A stretch of 63,190 nucleotides of DNA, filler included, from Olpidium bornovanus S191 (GCA_017911155.1; 31 parts of 31 records of this genome joined end to end with filler, not necessarily neighbours in it); one strand, 5' to 3'. Positions 47,822-61,003 are shown, counted from the first letter of the whole stretch. Notes: generated by a model not told the origin, from the sequence alone. Made by a program: numbers and translations.

Positions 47822-50800
47822 TTGCCGCCTGCGAGAGGCGAGAGCACTCCTGGCTCCGGAGATCGAAACCCCGTGAAGCCGCTCCCCGCGCCGGAGCGGA
47901 CTTTGCCCAGGGAGAGCTGCGGGACGGCGGCTGCGGAGCAGGAGAAGGAGAACTTAGCGGACGTCAACGTAGCTGCCCCCGCCGGTCGGGCGCCCGACAC
48001 GTCGTTCTCGCGCGCCAGTTCTGCGACGAACGCCGGAGACGCGGCTCCGGAAGCAACGACGGACTGCGAAGCCGACGCGTCGCAACTTGACTTGCCGTTT
48101 TACGGCACCAACGACTCGTTCGATTCCCTCTTCGCCGCGAAGGTCGCCAGCCGGCAGCGATTTGAGGAGCAGCTGCACGAACAGAAAGCGGAGCTTATTG
48201 AGTTTCGGCAGGGGGAATCGCGCCTGTGGGGCAGCGCGGGCCTGGCGGGCGGGGGTGTCGAGTCCGAGCTGCTGACGGGATCTGCGGAGCCTGGCGCATC
48301 GGCGGAAAACGCCACACGTCCGGCGGGCTATTCCAGCCCGGGCGTCGCTCCTGCGCTGACGGCCGCGTCGACCTCTGCGGTTTCGCCATCCCGAGCACAC
48401 GTGAGGGAATATGGCACGCGTTCTGACGACGACAACGACGTAGAAGGTTCCAATTTACCGGCATCTGAATTTGAAGTTGAGGAAGAGTTTGAGCAGAGAA
48501 GCACGAGAAATTCCCGCGGGAGCAGTTTTTCGGACGGTGGCAACTGGGCGAAAAACGACGACCAGTTGTCACCGGCAAACGGCGGGGCGCGAAACGACGC
48601 TGAAGACGACGGAAAAAGTGCGGAAACATCCACCGATCGTCCGGGATCCCCTGGCCGCTCCTCCGACGATAAGGAAGACAGTTACGGCTTAGTGGAAGTG
48701 GACATTGACGACTCGGCCGACCGGGCCGTCATCGAGTACCAGATGCGGAGAATGAGGATGTCAGGAAATATGGGCACCGACGAAGTGTCAACTGAGGCGG
48801 ACCACTGGGAAGCTGAGTCCCCCGTACGGCAAACGCGATTTCTTCCGAATTGGAATAACATGGAAGCACCCTGATCCGGCCGGGCCATCCTAAATCGTCA
48901 GGTTCGTAGCGGGAGTTCTTACCCGCGGGAACCGTCGAGGTTGCCGAGGTCGTTGACGCAGGGATATCGTGTCCCGGAAGGTACGGTTGGCGTTGCCGCC
49001 GGGTTGGTGACCGCACTGTATTATGACATGGCGAGAGCGTTATGCACATTGGCAGGTAGTCGGCGCGCGTGGGATAAGTCTTCGGACGTGTTGGACGAGT
49101 CGGCCTTTTCGCCGCGGGCGTTCCTCCGAAACTTTGCGGAACAGCCGGACGACGGCGGTGTATCCACGTCCACTCCACGCGCGATCGAGAAGGCGGAACG
49201 AGAGTTGGAGCAGTCGAGGAGCGTGCGCACTGTGACTCCGCCCCCGACGTCCAAGCTGCTTGCCGGGCTTTTCCCAGGGTTGCGACCGCAGGAGCCGCGC
49301 CGGAAGGCGGCCACAGGCAACGACAGGGACGCGAAGGCCGAAAAAGGTGCGGAGTGAGTTCCGCGGAAAGTCCGACGTTCACGACGGCAACTTACCGAAT
49401 TTCTGCGTTGGCGGGCGAGCGGGACCAGACGCGGAGAAGAAAGCCGAGGAGGTGTTGTCCGCCAAGTTGAAGGTGCGGCGCGTGCGTGATTGGGGAACAT
49501 TGTGATACGCGTTGTCCGCCTTTGTTGCGTCGGCTAATCGTGAGCGTCCAAAACCCGTTAACAAGGACCTCGAACGCCAGCTCTCGAATCTAAAGCTGGC
49601 CAACGAGCGGCTCCAGCAGGAACACGAATTCGTGGCTGCGGAGAGCAAAAAAGTGGAAACCGATCGCGTCAGTGCCCGCCTCGAACCGCTTTCCCAGGTG
49701 GCCGTGGGGCTAAAACGGTATACCCTTTGGGCATTTCACAAATATTTTTGCCTCTGTCTTTCGTGCGCTGTCGTTAAAGAAAACATTCCAGCGCCACGTC
49801 GTCGAAGAGCGCGAGGCGTTTGAAAAGTACAAGTCAGAGGAGAGCGCGAAGTTGCGGAAAGAGCGGGCTCTGTGGGAGAAGCACCGGAAGGCGACGGAGT
49901 TACTGCCTTCGAAATCGTACGGCTTTTCGTAATGAAGGCGCATTCGGCTATGGTTACCGGCTATGTGCTGATGAGTGATCTCCGAACGCGTCTCCTTGTT
50001 GTGGGCGGACTTTGAGGAAGTACAGCGAGCGTGCCGAGATAGAGAGCTTGAAACAGAGGATGGCTGAGATGATCAACCGCTGGAAGGTCCGCGAGCGCAG
50101 GAGCACGGCAGAAAAGGCGCGGCTTAAACTCCGGATTGATCAACTTGCCGGAGAAAACACAGAGCTCCAGAACCAAATCAGACTGCTGGAGCAGGAACGG
50201 CTGAGCGCCCGGAACAGAACCGAAGACAACACGTCGAGAATTGCGGCACGTATTTGCCCACTGACCGCCCTCAAACTTTGAAGGAACGCGGGAAGGGCTA
50301 ATTCCGTATTGTTGTCTTTGACAGGTCCACGACCCTGGTGCTGTTCGTCGGAATTCGTGGTTTCCCAGCTCTAAATCATTTGGAGAGGTGACAATGGATT
50401 CAACAGCTTCTGCGGCCGGTGTATCTCGGTTCACACTGGCTCAGCCCCGTTCGAAGAGCAGCAGCGGCTTCCGCAAATCCTCCTCCAACGGTTCAACATC
50501 CCCCGCCGCGCCCGCGGCGTCATCATCGATGAAAGCGGGGACAACGTCCAAAAGTTTGAACCGGGAGAAGACTCCTGTGCCTCGGACACGGTTGCGGACT
50601 TCCGCTGAACGGTCACGATCGACGGGGAGGTCAGACCGGGCGAGCTCGTGCGACAAATCCTGTAGGAGTGCCGTGACCAACAGAACATCCTCGCACGCCT
50701 CGTCATCGTCTTCCCGGGCGCGATCCCGCGGCGCGGCAACGGCCGCGGCCTCCGCCGGTGCACGAGAGGAGGACGATCGGCTCCCGCACGGCCCCGTTGT

Positions 50801-51026
50801 CGCGGCGAACGACTGGTGCGGGCAGGCGTTCGCGTGGGTCGAGCGGGAGGCCGAGCTGGACTCGTCTGCGATCACGAGGTCGTCCGAGCGTGTCGTTCCC
50901 GGCGGGAGCCGCGAGAGGGTGTACCCGGGCGGGACTCGGGTGATCGTATTCAGGAACGGCGCGGCCAAATTGATAAAGCCCAACGGGGCGGCCACCGTGT
51001 GGTTTTCCAACGGAGACGTGAAACAG
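47822..51026 (+). CDS. CENPJ: Centriole protein SAS-4/CENPJ (CPAP); multi-exon, both ends uncertain
   Basis: PPPTSKLLAGLFPGLRP; coiled coil EREAFEKYKSEESAKLRKERALWEKH...ERAEIESLKQRM...RLKLRIDQLAGENTELQNQIRLLEQERL; and the TCP10_C/G-box start ERVYPGGTRVIVFRNGAAKLIKPNGAATVWFSNGDVKQ. Confidence 0.85.
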
Positions 51027-51212
51027 GTGTGTGTAGGTTCCGAGGGGCGCGGACGAGCCGCCCGGCATTTTACGGGCGATAAATCGACTTCGATGCTCAT
51101 CTCTCGCATGCANNNNNNNNNNNNNNNNNNNNNNNNNNNNNNNNNNNNNNNNNNNNTTAATTAATTAANNNNNNNNNNNNNNNNNNNNNNNNNNNNNNNN
51201 NNNNNNNNNNNN

Positions 51213-52949
51213 CATGCTCCAGATGCTGGTCGCCGTCACCGTAATGAACGCGACGTACATCGCAGGGATGATCACCGAAACAGCCTGCCTGCCCAGCTTC
51301 TGGGTGCAGGACGCGATGGTCGTGGCCATCCTCACCATCTACCTGACGAGGACCTTCGTGCTGTTCTTCCAGCACCGCACGGTCGTCGAGCAGCGGATAC
51401 TCAGCACCGTCACGGGCGCCGCGGCCACGAAGCCCGCGGCGGCTGCGGCGGCGAGGACGACGCCTCCGCCGAACGCCGAGGCCGCCGGCGGTGCGCGGAA
51501 TAAGGCCGCCGTGCCGTCCGGAATGTGGTTCCTGCGCCACCGCTACCTCCTGGACCCGCCGTACCTCTTCTACGCGCAGTTCGCCGTCGCCTGCGTCGCC
51601 GCCGCGCCCACGACCACAAACACCTTCCTCCAAATCGACGCCGCGCGCGGCTGGTCCGCGCTGCAATGCGTTTCGTCGTCGGTGTTCAACTCGTTCCAGG
51701 ACATCCTCTTGCCCGTGGCGGCCGCGTTCCTGATCCTCTACACGTGCCTGGCCGCGCAGCTGGCTCGCTACGGGCCCGACAACCTGGGAATCCGGTTAGA
51801 GCTGAAAAGTAAATGAAAAAGAAAAAAAAAAAAAAAAAATTAAGAAGAAAACAAACACTGACCCCTGGCGCATCAGTCGAAGGCCGAACCCGTGTGCCTT
51901 CGCTTCCGCCTAACGAAAACCCGTACCCCACCTGTAACTATCGGGCTGCGCCTTCATGGCGTCCTGCCGCTCGCAGTTGCCGGAGTGGTCGTAATAATGG
52001 GATCCGCTGCCACCTTCGCCGTAAGCAGTCTGTCCACCGACTTGCCCTACCCAGGTCAGACCTCCCCCACATAAGAAAAATATTGTATTTTCCCCGGGTT
52101 CCTGTGACACGGGCCGGCCTTAACGCATCCAGCGTCGCCGCCGCCGCTCAACAGTGCAAGACCTGACCGTCGTGATATGCGGCACCCTCCTCCTTGCCAA
52201 CTCTTTCCTGACGCCGGTCTTTCTCAGCTACAAGTACCACCAACACCACGTCAACGCGGTGAACACCGAGCGTTTCGCCGGCTCGTTCCAGACCGCGCTG
52301 GCATCGCCCGAAACAAGAGCCGCCTTTAGAAAATTCTGCGAAAAGGAATTCTCGGCGGAAAACCTCATGGTACGTGCCTTTTTTCTTGGGTCGGAAGGAC
52401 GAACACGAAAGCAACTGCAGCGTCGGCTGGAACTGTCGCATCCCGTCCCCGCCCCGCGCGTTGGACCCGCGCCCTCCCGCGTTCCAACGAATCAGTTCTA
52501 CGAAGACGTGGAACACTTCCGGAGTACGTACGCCGAACTGAAATCACGGGCAGACGGCGAAACGGCGGTCCTGCGGCTGGCCTCCGAGATCGTAAACAGA
52601 TACGTGGCGACGGCCGCGCTGTACGAGATCAACGTCGCGCACGGCCTCAAAAACACCGTCAACCGGAACTTCCAAGACGCCAATGCGCGATCCGTAGCCC
52701 CGGACGTCACCATCTTCGACGCCATGCAGAAACACATTTTCCAGCTCATGGCGACAGATTCGTAAGTTTTTGGCGCGTGGTAACAGGCGCTTCTCCCACC
52801 CCCCACCTCCCCCTCTCTTCCTGCTCCGACTTCACGGCGCCGCTGACCGCTCCAAATTCGTCGCGCAAAGGTTTTCGCGTTTCCTTTGCAGCGACGACGC
52901 CGTTCGCAGAGTAGTACCAAACGACACGCAAAATTTTCCCCAGATATAA
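51213..52949 (+). CDS. Multi-pass membrane protein with C-terminal RGS domain (7TM-RGS type); 5'-truncated
   Basis: Several TM helices, DNLGIRLEL, then FRKFCEKEFSAENLM|FYEDV...IVNRYV....LYEINV...IFDAMQKHIFQLMATDS|FSRFLCS. Stop TAA at 52947-52949. Confidence 0.86.
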
Positions 52950-53327
52950 GCTTTGAATCTCTCGATGTAGTCAATCACGCCACGAGCATTTGGCAATCAT
53001 TCAGTTTGCAGAATCGGAATCGGCGCATAACTTTGAAGTTGCACGGCATGCTTCAGGTTTTTGCATTGACCCGATTTCCTGTATGCTGTTGACGCCTTTC
53101 GTTACCATGTCGTTTCGTCCGTGGTTCAGGGGCAACTCCGGGGGGGGGGATACCGCAAACCCCCTCTTCAACCCTGCTGAGGGTTCGATCCTGTGCCCCG
53201 TGCCGAAACGCAAAAGAAAAAGCAAACTTCGCGAGGCCGCGCGCACCGGCATCTGCGCGGTCAGGAAAAGAACCACCAGGCACTTGTGTTCCGTCCGCGG
53301 AGGCCCAGTACGGCCGGCGCGCAGTGG

Positions 53328-53525
53328 TCAGTCAAGAACCCATCTGTAGGCCGATCGCCAGACATCCTTGGCGTCCTGCTCAATGACATCTCCGTGGCAC
53401 GGCTGGGCAACGCGCAAAATCGGAAAACCAGCGGGTCAACGAAGAGCTCAAAAAAAAACGTATCAACTTCCAAGAGGGAAGCCAGGTGGAGCGGTCCCTC
53501 TCGCCGCTCGGCAGAAAACAAAACC

Positions 53526-53556
<31 letters not shown>

Positions 53557-53877
53557 AAAAAAAGAAAAAACCAGAAATAAAAAACAGTTCACCACAATAC
53601 GCTTGAAGTCCCAATTGAGCACTTTTTCCGCGTCTTCCTTCATCACGCTCCGGTTGGAGCTGAACGCGAAGCGGATGAGGAGTGCCTGGCACAGGCTGCG
53701 GCCGCCCAGCATACGGTGGAGGATCCTCTGGCCGAAGCTCCAGCGGCCGTTGAGATGTGCGTACTGCTCGTTCGGCGGGAGGTTAAACAGCAGGTCCGCC
53801 TGGAAAAGGGTCTTCGTGGGCTTGTGGAAAAAGGCGACGTCGCGGTTCGCGTGCGCCGAAAAGTAAACGCGATCAAA
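53328..53877 (-). CDS. DUF4336 / metallo-beta-lactamase-fold protein, last two exons
   Basis: NRDVAFFHKPTKTLFQADLLFNLPPNEQY ... VLNWDFKRIV|PCHGDVIEQDAK. Exons 53877-53593 and 53402-53328. Confidence 0.8.
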
Positions 53878-54105
53878 CTGCGGGCCGCAATAAACGCAGG
53901 GACAAGAACGAAATTCAGAAGCCCCAGAACGGTGGCCGCGCCACCCCCCCCCCCCCCACCCCCCTCCCCCCACCCCCCGCCCCCCCCCCCCCCCCGCCCC
54001 GGCGGNNNNNNNNNNNNNNNNNNNNNNNNNNNNNNNNNNNNNNNNNNNNTTAATTAATTAANNNNNNNNNNNNNNNNNNNNNNNNNNNNNNNNNNNNNNN
54101 NNNNN

Positions 54106-55229
54106 CATGCTTCGTCCAGTACTTCACTTCTTCAGCGGGTTGCTGGAAAGGAGGCCTTTTCACAAAGGCTCTCGCCTCCATCTCGTTCGCAATAGCGCGC
54201 GATATGCTTTTGAGGCGTGGGGTGCTGAAACCTGCCGGACGGGGGGCAGGTGCCGCAGGCGCCACAGGTACCTCATAAGCGTCCCCACCAAAGTTGGACC
54301 CGCCTCCATCGCATTAAAGCAGCTGGACAAAAAGCCCATCCGCGCTCATGACACGCACGGTACAACAGCTCCTCCTGGCCTTCCTGCAGAGCCTGCGGAA
54401 GCACGACCATTCCAACTCTTTTCCGGCCATGCAAAACCGGCTCCGGGATCCTCAAATCGTCGTCTGGCGTCTCCAGCCGCTCGTTCTCGGTTCCTGCTTC
54501 GACAACTTCAGACGGGTCATGCTGAGCCTCCATTTCCCTGCTCGTCTCTTGGCCCTCCAGGCAGAGGTGGCCACCGTCTTCGTCGGGTAGAAACTCTGGT
54601 TCCGCATCCGCCCAGATGGGCGCCGAGCCTTGGCCCGGTCGGCGTAAGGCTGCTCGCTGGGGCTCTAGCTGCACTTCTGCCCAACCTCCCGTTGGCCACT
54701 GAGGCGCCACGTCGTCGAAGCTAGTCACAAAACAAACAATGAGCACCGCCCTCGTCAGTCGGGGCAACCCGCGGAGAAACCGTTGCGTCGGCAGCCGCAC
54801 GCACCGTACGGAGGCGTTCTCCGGTGCGGCTCGGGTTCCAGTCTGCCGCAGAAACGCGGCCGTGTCATCCGCTTCTTTCGAGCCTGCGCCCCGCAGCAAG
54901 GAAGAAGGACCCGGGGGGTCCCCGTACAATGCGCCTCGTTTCCGCGGGTAAAAGCGCACTTGCTGCGAGGCGACGGGGCGGACATGGGAGGCCACGGGGC
55001 GGACCGGAGAAGCCACGGGGCGAACCGGAGACGCGCGCGGCGGAAGGGGCGAGAGGCACGCTGCGGCCGGCGACGAGGAGCAGCGGCGACCGGGTAGCTC
55101 CCGCGCCGCGGCGGCCGGGGAACACGGCAGCAAAACCGCCGCAGGATGCGGGTCGTGTGGCCGGGACAGGCCGAAGGTGGCGCCGGCGGCGGCGGCGCAG
55201 CCCCTGTGGCAGCGGACTGCGAGGGCCAT
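54106..55229 (-). CDS. Mitochondrially targeted protein, possibly Rsm22/METTL17 N-terminal part
   Basis: Arg/Ala/Ser-rich presequence ending QQVRFY, containing a 21-bp x3 repeat (PVRPVAS). HGRKRVGMVVLPQALQ resembles the G.K.IG.V.LP motif I recall from fungal Rsm22. Exon structure not fully resolved. Confidence 0.42.
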
Positions 55230-55818
55230 GGGGCGGAGGAGGGCGGTGCGGGTCGTCGTCGTCGGTTCCGCTTGGCGCGCGGTGTCGCCCGGTATGGCGC
55301 GGGCGACGGCTATTTTTTTTTTTTTTTTTTCGCGAGTTGTTGGTGTGACGTCAAGCTCCGCGGGTCACGTGATGACCAAACCCGCGCGCCCTTGCTTTTG
55401 GCGGAGGTGCCCGCGTCGGCAGCAAACAAGCAGACTCGTCGGGGCCTTTTCCCTTCGGGCGTGACTGGGACGCACGGCACACACCCGCCTCTCCTTTGGG
55501 CTTTTCGTCAACGAGGGAATTGCATCCGACGAAGAACAGTCCATTGATTGGGAGAATTGCTGCGGCGGAATTTGGGGGAGAAGGAGGGGGGGATCTGTGC
55601 CATTTCGAGATGACAGTTTTTGAGATAACGACTGCTTTGTTGCGCCTGGTGCTGTTTCACTCGTCAACCGCTCCCCCCCCCCTTCCCCCCCATATTCAGA
55701 GGGATCGCGGCACGTGGAGTTGGAGCCCTCAATGCAGTCACTATACAAGGAGGGGGGGAGGGTGGCCGTAGCAAAGGGTGAGAAGTGTACCTGGTCTTTT
55801 GTTTCATATTAATATTAT

Positions 55819-55855
<37 letters not shown>

Positions 55856-57889
55856 CGGTGGAAACCAGGCACACGCACACGGATACGCGCATTTTCCCGG
55901 TATGAAGTATTGGCCGGGGGTGTCACTCATGGCCCGAAAAATTTCTTTTATTTTTTTTTTTCTTTTTTCCCCCCCTGCGGCTGAGGTTCTTTGTCAAACA
56001 TGGGACAGGAAAGGCTTAACAACCCCCCAAAAAAAAAAAAAAAAAAAAAACCCCCAAACCCCCCATTTGGCCCCGTCGGAAACACGCGGCAATTTCGCGG
56101 AAATCCTTTTTTTTTTCGTTTTTCATTGTTGGCCGTGAGCTATTTGCGGAAGCGGCCGGGGCTGCCGCATCCACTTCTTTCGGGAAGCGGCAGGCACACC
56201 CCGACCCCCCCACCCCGCAGGGCCAAAAACATACGGAGAGACGTTGTCAGCTTCTTCAGGTAACTAGCGGACGCGCGAGAGGCGACGCAACGGCGGCGTG
56301 GGGGGGGGGGAAGGGTGTCACCGCTGTTGGTCGGTGAAACACGCACCAGTTCGTCTCCCAACGGCGGCGCCGCCTGCGTCCGCTTACTGGCGAACGGCGC
56401 GGTGGCTCCCAGCGGCTTCAGCGTGGTGACCACCGGCGGCTGCGGCGCCGGCCGCGAAGCGGCGGCGACGTTGGAGGCAAACGGCGGCGCCGCGCCGCCG
56501 CCGCCCGCGGGTTGCACGGGGTGTAGGGTGGTGGCCGCCGCCGGAGTCGCCCGGCTGTTCCGCGGCGCAGGCTTTCCGGATGTCCGGCCTCCCCTCGCAA
56601 ACGGCTTTTGCTCCGGAGGCGGCGGCGGCTCCTCGGCCGGGATTACCCGCGCGCGCACGCTGCAGGTGTTTTTTTTTTTTCAGAGAAAGAGGATGACGGG
56701 AACGGGAAGTTCAAAATCGACGCGCCGCAGTAATTGTAATAGAAACTTCCTGACAGGGAAAGCGGGAAACGCACGTACTTGTTCGCAGTAAATCTAGTCG
56801 GGACGACCTTCTTCAAAAGGATGACCCGTCCTTCGTGGTCGTAGGCGTAATTTGTTCTCCCGTCTTCTTTCTCTGCAGCCGCTATTCGCGCCAGCGCCTT
56901 GCGGTTTTCCTAGGCCGCGCCATAAAAAAAAACGATGCCTCAGCGCCGGCTACCCTGCGCGCCGGGTAAAACGATGCCGGCGGCAGTGCCTTCTGCCGGT
57001 GCGCGCGGACTCGGGGGCCGTGCGGAAATCGATGCCTCGCGAACGGGAAACCCGATTTGACACCGAAACAGACCTCCATTATCAGGGCGCCTTGTGCGGC
57101 CTGCGCAGCGGTGGCTTCGGCGGCGGAGTTATTGAGGTGCCTTTTCGGCGACCTGGGTCTTACTCCCCCGACCAATGTCACCGAGTGTTTCAATTGCCGG
57201 CTGCCCTTGTTAAGAGAGGAGCGGCGGGACCGTCTGTCCAAGGTCGAACAGCTTCCCTCCGACCCCAACACCGAACCGGTCACGCTTTGCAGGCCGCCGC
57301 GCCCCTTTGCAGGGAGCGCCTGCAGCTAGGCCGGCAACGTGGCTTGAGTCAGCAAAAGAAAGGTCAAACGGGGGCAACACAGCAAAAAAAAACTAAAATA
57401 AAAATAAAAATAAAGATAACAATTAAAAAACCAGCGCCAAACGATTGCTTTTGGTTCGGGGCGAGGGGCAGTGCAGGGCGGTGGTGAGGTCGCACCAGTA
57501 CCTTTGACAGAACTTCCGCGTCGGCCTCTTCAAGCGCGCCTTCTGTGTCGGAACAACTGCGTCCGCACGGAAACGGTCGTCCGGATTTAATCGCCGCGTT
57601 TCACCAGGAAGGCGCAAAAAAAAAAAAAAAAAAATCCGGGCGAATGCCGGGCGGTATCCGTTGACCCACATGCCGTGGTGCGTCCCCTGAAGACGGCCGC
57701 GCACCGAGTTTTCGGAGGACGAACACGGCGAGCACAATTCTTCGTGACTGGGTTCTTTCTCGGCCTGCTTGGGGGACGCCGCCGCCCACNNNNNNNNNNN
57801 NNNNNNNNNNNNNNNNNNNNNNNNNNNNNNNNNTTAATTAATTAANNNNNNNNNNNNNNNNNNNNNNNNNNNNNNNNNNNNNNNNNNNN

Positions 57890-58080
57890 ATCCCGAGCGC
57901 GAATGTCAGTGGGCTCGGATCTGTCATTGTGAAGGCGGTAGTTACCTTTTGTTCAATGGCAGCGGCCGTATCAAATTTGGGGCCCGTCCAAAACATATCA
58001 TCGACATGCAATGCCAGCATACATCGTACCTCCGCAGTGGCGTCGAGGAATATGAACCCTCCCTCGAGGAGTGGCAGGGC
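57890..58080 (-). mobile_element. Ty1/copia RT core fragment
   Basis: CMLALHVDDMFWTG...KVTTAFTMTDPSPLTFALG corresponds to YVDD...F.M.DLG....LG. Confidence 0.75.
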
Positions 58081-58666
58081 GGCGGGATGGTTAGGGCCCT
58101 TGCTGCAAAGGCACGGACGCTGCCGGTACGCGGGATGTTTTCCCCTTTTCTGAACAACACATAACGTTCTCTAGCGCTCGTACCCCGCTGGCCCCTTGAT
58201 GGACCCTTCGATGGGCAGGTCGGAGCGCTCCCCTTCCTCTGCGCTCTGTCCCCCGTCGATAACCCCGTTATGTCCCAAGGAGCTCGTTGATGCCATTTGC
58301 AGGCGTCGCGGTCGCAAGGCAGCCGAAGGCGGATGGGTTTTCTTTATATTTTCGTCAATGCAAAAAAACGGACGAGGGGGGGGGGTCGTACAAGGCTTCG
58401 GCGGGGTGTGGCTACGTAATGGCCGGGTCACGTGACCCAGCCGCAGGTGGGGGGTGCAGGATCCCCTCTGACAACCGCCTATCTCGCGGCCCCAACCTTT
58501 GGGCGCCGGGAGAACAAATTTGGTACGCAAGGGAAAATAGGAAGGAAAAAGGGAAAAAGAGGAAGAAAGAAAGAGAAAAGAAAACAAAAGGAGAACTGGC
58601 AATCCGGTAACAAACTGTTTGTAGCAAAATGACCCCCACAGTAGGTGTCTGCGAAAGGTCTCACGC

Positions 58667-59018
58667 GTGGTGCGGGTGGGGAACGACACCATATTGCGAG
58701 CCAGAGAGAAGGGCACACTACACCTACAAGCGAAGGGAAGTGGCAATCATAAGTTGACTGTCGCGGATGTGCACGTAGTGCCGGAAATTACCAGGAACCT
58801 GCTATCGATAGGTCGACTGGCAAAAAAGGGGGTCCACATCACCTTCACCAAGGAAAGGAGCGAACTCACGCTCAACGGGAAGACATTCGCCAGAGGCCCC
58901 AAGCTGGCAAGTAATTTGTACGCGTTGGACACCCTAAACGGCAAGAGGACCAACAATAATGCCGGGACGTTCGCCGCAGAGGAAATCGGCAAGCAAGTCG
59001 ATGCTACCCGATGGCATG
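58667..59018 (+). mobile_element. Ty1/copia protease C-part + GAG-pre-integrase fragment
   Basis: VRVGNDTILRAREKGTLHL...VADVHVVPEITRNLLSIGRLAKKGVHITF...SNLYAL...ATRWH. This is the classic VP.L..NLLS..L and LWH.RLGH lead-in. Confidence 0.87.
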
Positions 59019-60282
59019 NNNNNNNNNNNNNNNNNNNNNNNNNNNNNNNNNNNNNNNNNNNNTTAATTAATTAANNNNNNNNNNNNNNNNNNNNNNNNNN
59101 NNNNNNNNNNNNNNNNNNGCATGGCGAGGGTGACGAAAGGCGTGTAGAACGCCGGAGAGGAAGGATTCGCGGGGCGCAGATGCCACCCGACGCCTCATCA
59201 GCACACCGGCGCATTATTATATTCCTCCCCGTTTCCCTAAAGACTGCAGCCGTTTTTTATTCATAATCACGTGGATTCAATGAACGCAAAATGATTCCAC
59301 CAAGGTTGCAGTTCTAGAAGAGAAAAGTGTGCGCGGAATGTGAACGGCATTTGTTGTGAATATTTTTGAAGTCGAAACGATGGGGCTTTGGGTAAGGTGA
59401 CCTGTGCATAGCATACAGGATTTGTGCAGCTATTTTCTTCCCGTAAAAAGGCGACGGGATTACTTGGGCGCCCGCACAGGTTCAACCACCGCAGTGGAAC
59501 GCTGAACATCAGGGCAAGCGCCGGCGCGCGCCTCGCCGGACGCAAAAAAGAGGAACGTTTGCCGCGCGCCGCTAGGCGCGGAAACCTTCACGCCCGCCCC
59601 GTGCGCGACGGCCTGAGGCGGGGTTGCGGCAGCAGTCGAGGGGATCGTGGGGTAAAAGGGTGGTTTTATTATCTTGTGCGCTTCCCCGTCTCCTCTCGCC
59701 CATTTAAATTGTATATACTCGAATGGTATTCTATATCGAACCAGTCTCATAATGCTATACATAGTCTCTGATGGGATCGGCCAACGAATGATAAATGCTG
59801 TGCGTATAATAAAAAGAAACGAGATGAGGAAGGGGTGACGACCGGGGGGTAGGTTTTCTTTTTTCTAAAACCGTGCGGGTTTTCGCCGCCAAAACGTCGC
59901 CCCGGTTACAAGAAAACCGGCCCCCTCCCCCCCCCCCCCCCCCCCCCCCCCCCCGCCGGCCCCCCCCCCCCATCCTCCCCGAAAGTGAGAGCAGCTCCCA
60001 AAAACCAAGCCAAGGGAAACAAGAAGAAAGGAAAGGATAAAGGTTGCCAGGTGACGGCTTGCATGCAAACAAACGCGAGGATGTTATCTGTGATCTGAAA
60101 AGGCTTCTTTTCCCGGCAAAACCACGTGTACAGCGCCGGCGGGAAGACGGACGTGGCGATAGTGAGGCCAAAATTGAAAAGCNNNNNNNNNNNNNNNNNN
60201 NNNNNNNNNNNNNNNNNNNNNNNNNNTTAATTAATTAANNNNNNNNNNNNNNNNNNNNNNNNNNNNNNNNNNNNNNNNNNNN

Positions 60283-61003
60283 ATGCCGGTGGAACCGGTA
60301 GTTGTCACTCCTGCAACGTCTCGGAAACACCTGAATGGCGGCGCGGACCTGACGGAGCCCGGACGTTGTGTAACGCCTGCGGTTTACGTAAGTTGTCACC
60401 ATGCAGTGTTCTGCAAGTTTGCCAAACGTGGGGGTTTTTGAGGGTTCATGCCGCGCAATTCGATGCAATCTCACAACGGCGGTGTGACGATCTGCAGATT
60501 TCGCCAAATTGCGCAGGAAGCAGGCTCTTTCGGAGATGGTGGGGTTAGAAGAAGCGAAGCTGATCCCCACCGCCGCCACCAACCCTTTCCCGAGGGCTTC
60601 AGAGTTGCCTTCGGCCTGCAGCACTTCTGCCGCCCCGGACGACGGCGGAGACAAGGCGCGCACGGACACGTCGATGCGGCAGTCGGTTTTGACGTCATCA
60701 TTGTCGAGTGCGTGTACGCTGTCTGCCGAGAAGAAACTGAATTTAGCAAGAGGCGGTGATGGCCTGCTAGACAAGGGCGTATTCGCAGGTCTTTTCTCTT
60801 CTTGTAAAGCGGAGAACGTTTCGGTGACGGTTGCTCCGGATCAAACGAGTGCCGAATCGGCCACCTCTGCCGCAGCCGGCGACGGTGACCCTGAGAGGCC
60901 AGCCGTGCCGGCGAGAACTGCGCGGGCCGGCCACCCGACGAAAGCAACGTATACGGACGGCTGCCTGGCGATCCCGCAATGTTCAACTCCTTTTTCTGAT
61001 TAG
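60283..61003 (+). CDS. Fungal GATA zinc-finger transcription factor (CX2CX18CX2C; NsdD/Gat2-like), 3' part
   Basis: [28 protein letters not shown]|HFAKLRRK. Intron 60388-60497 (GTAAGT..CTGCAG). Stop at 61001-61003. Confidence 0.93.

Noticed and set aside
53170-53200. B-box-like GGGTTCGATCC as a tRNA gene
   Set aside because: No A-box at the proper spacing, and no cloverleaf or acceptor stem can be folded.
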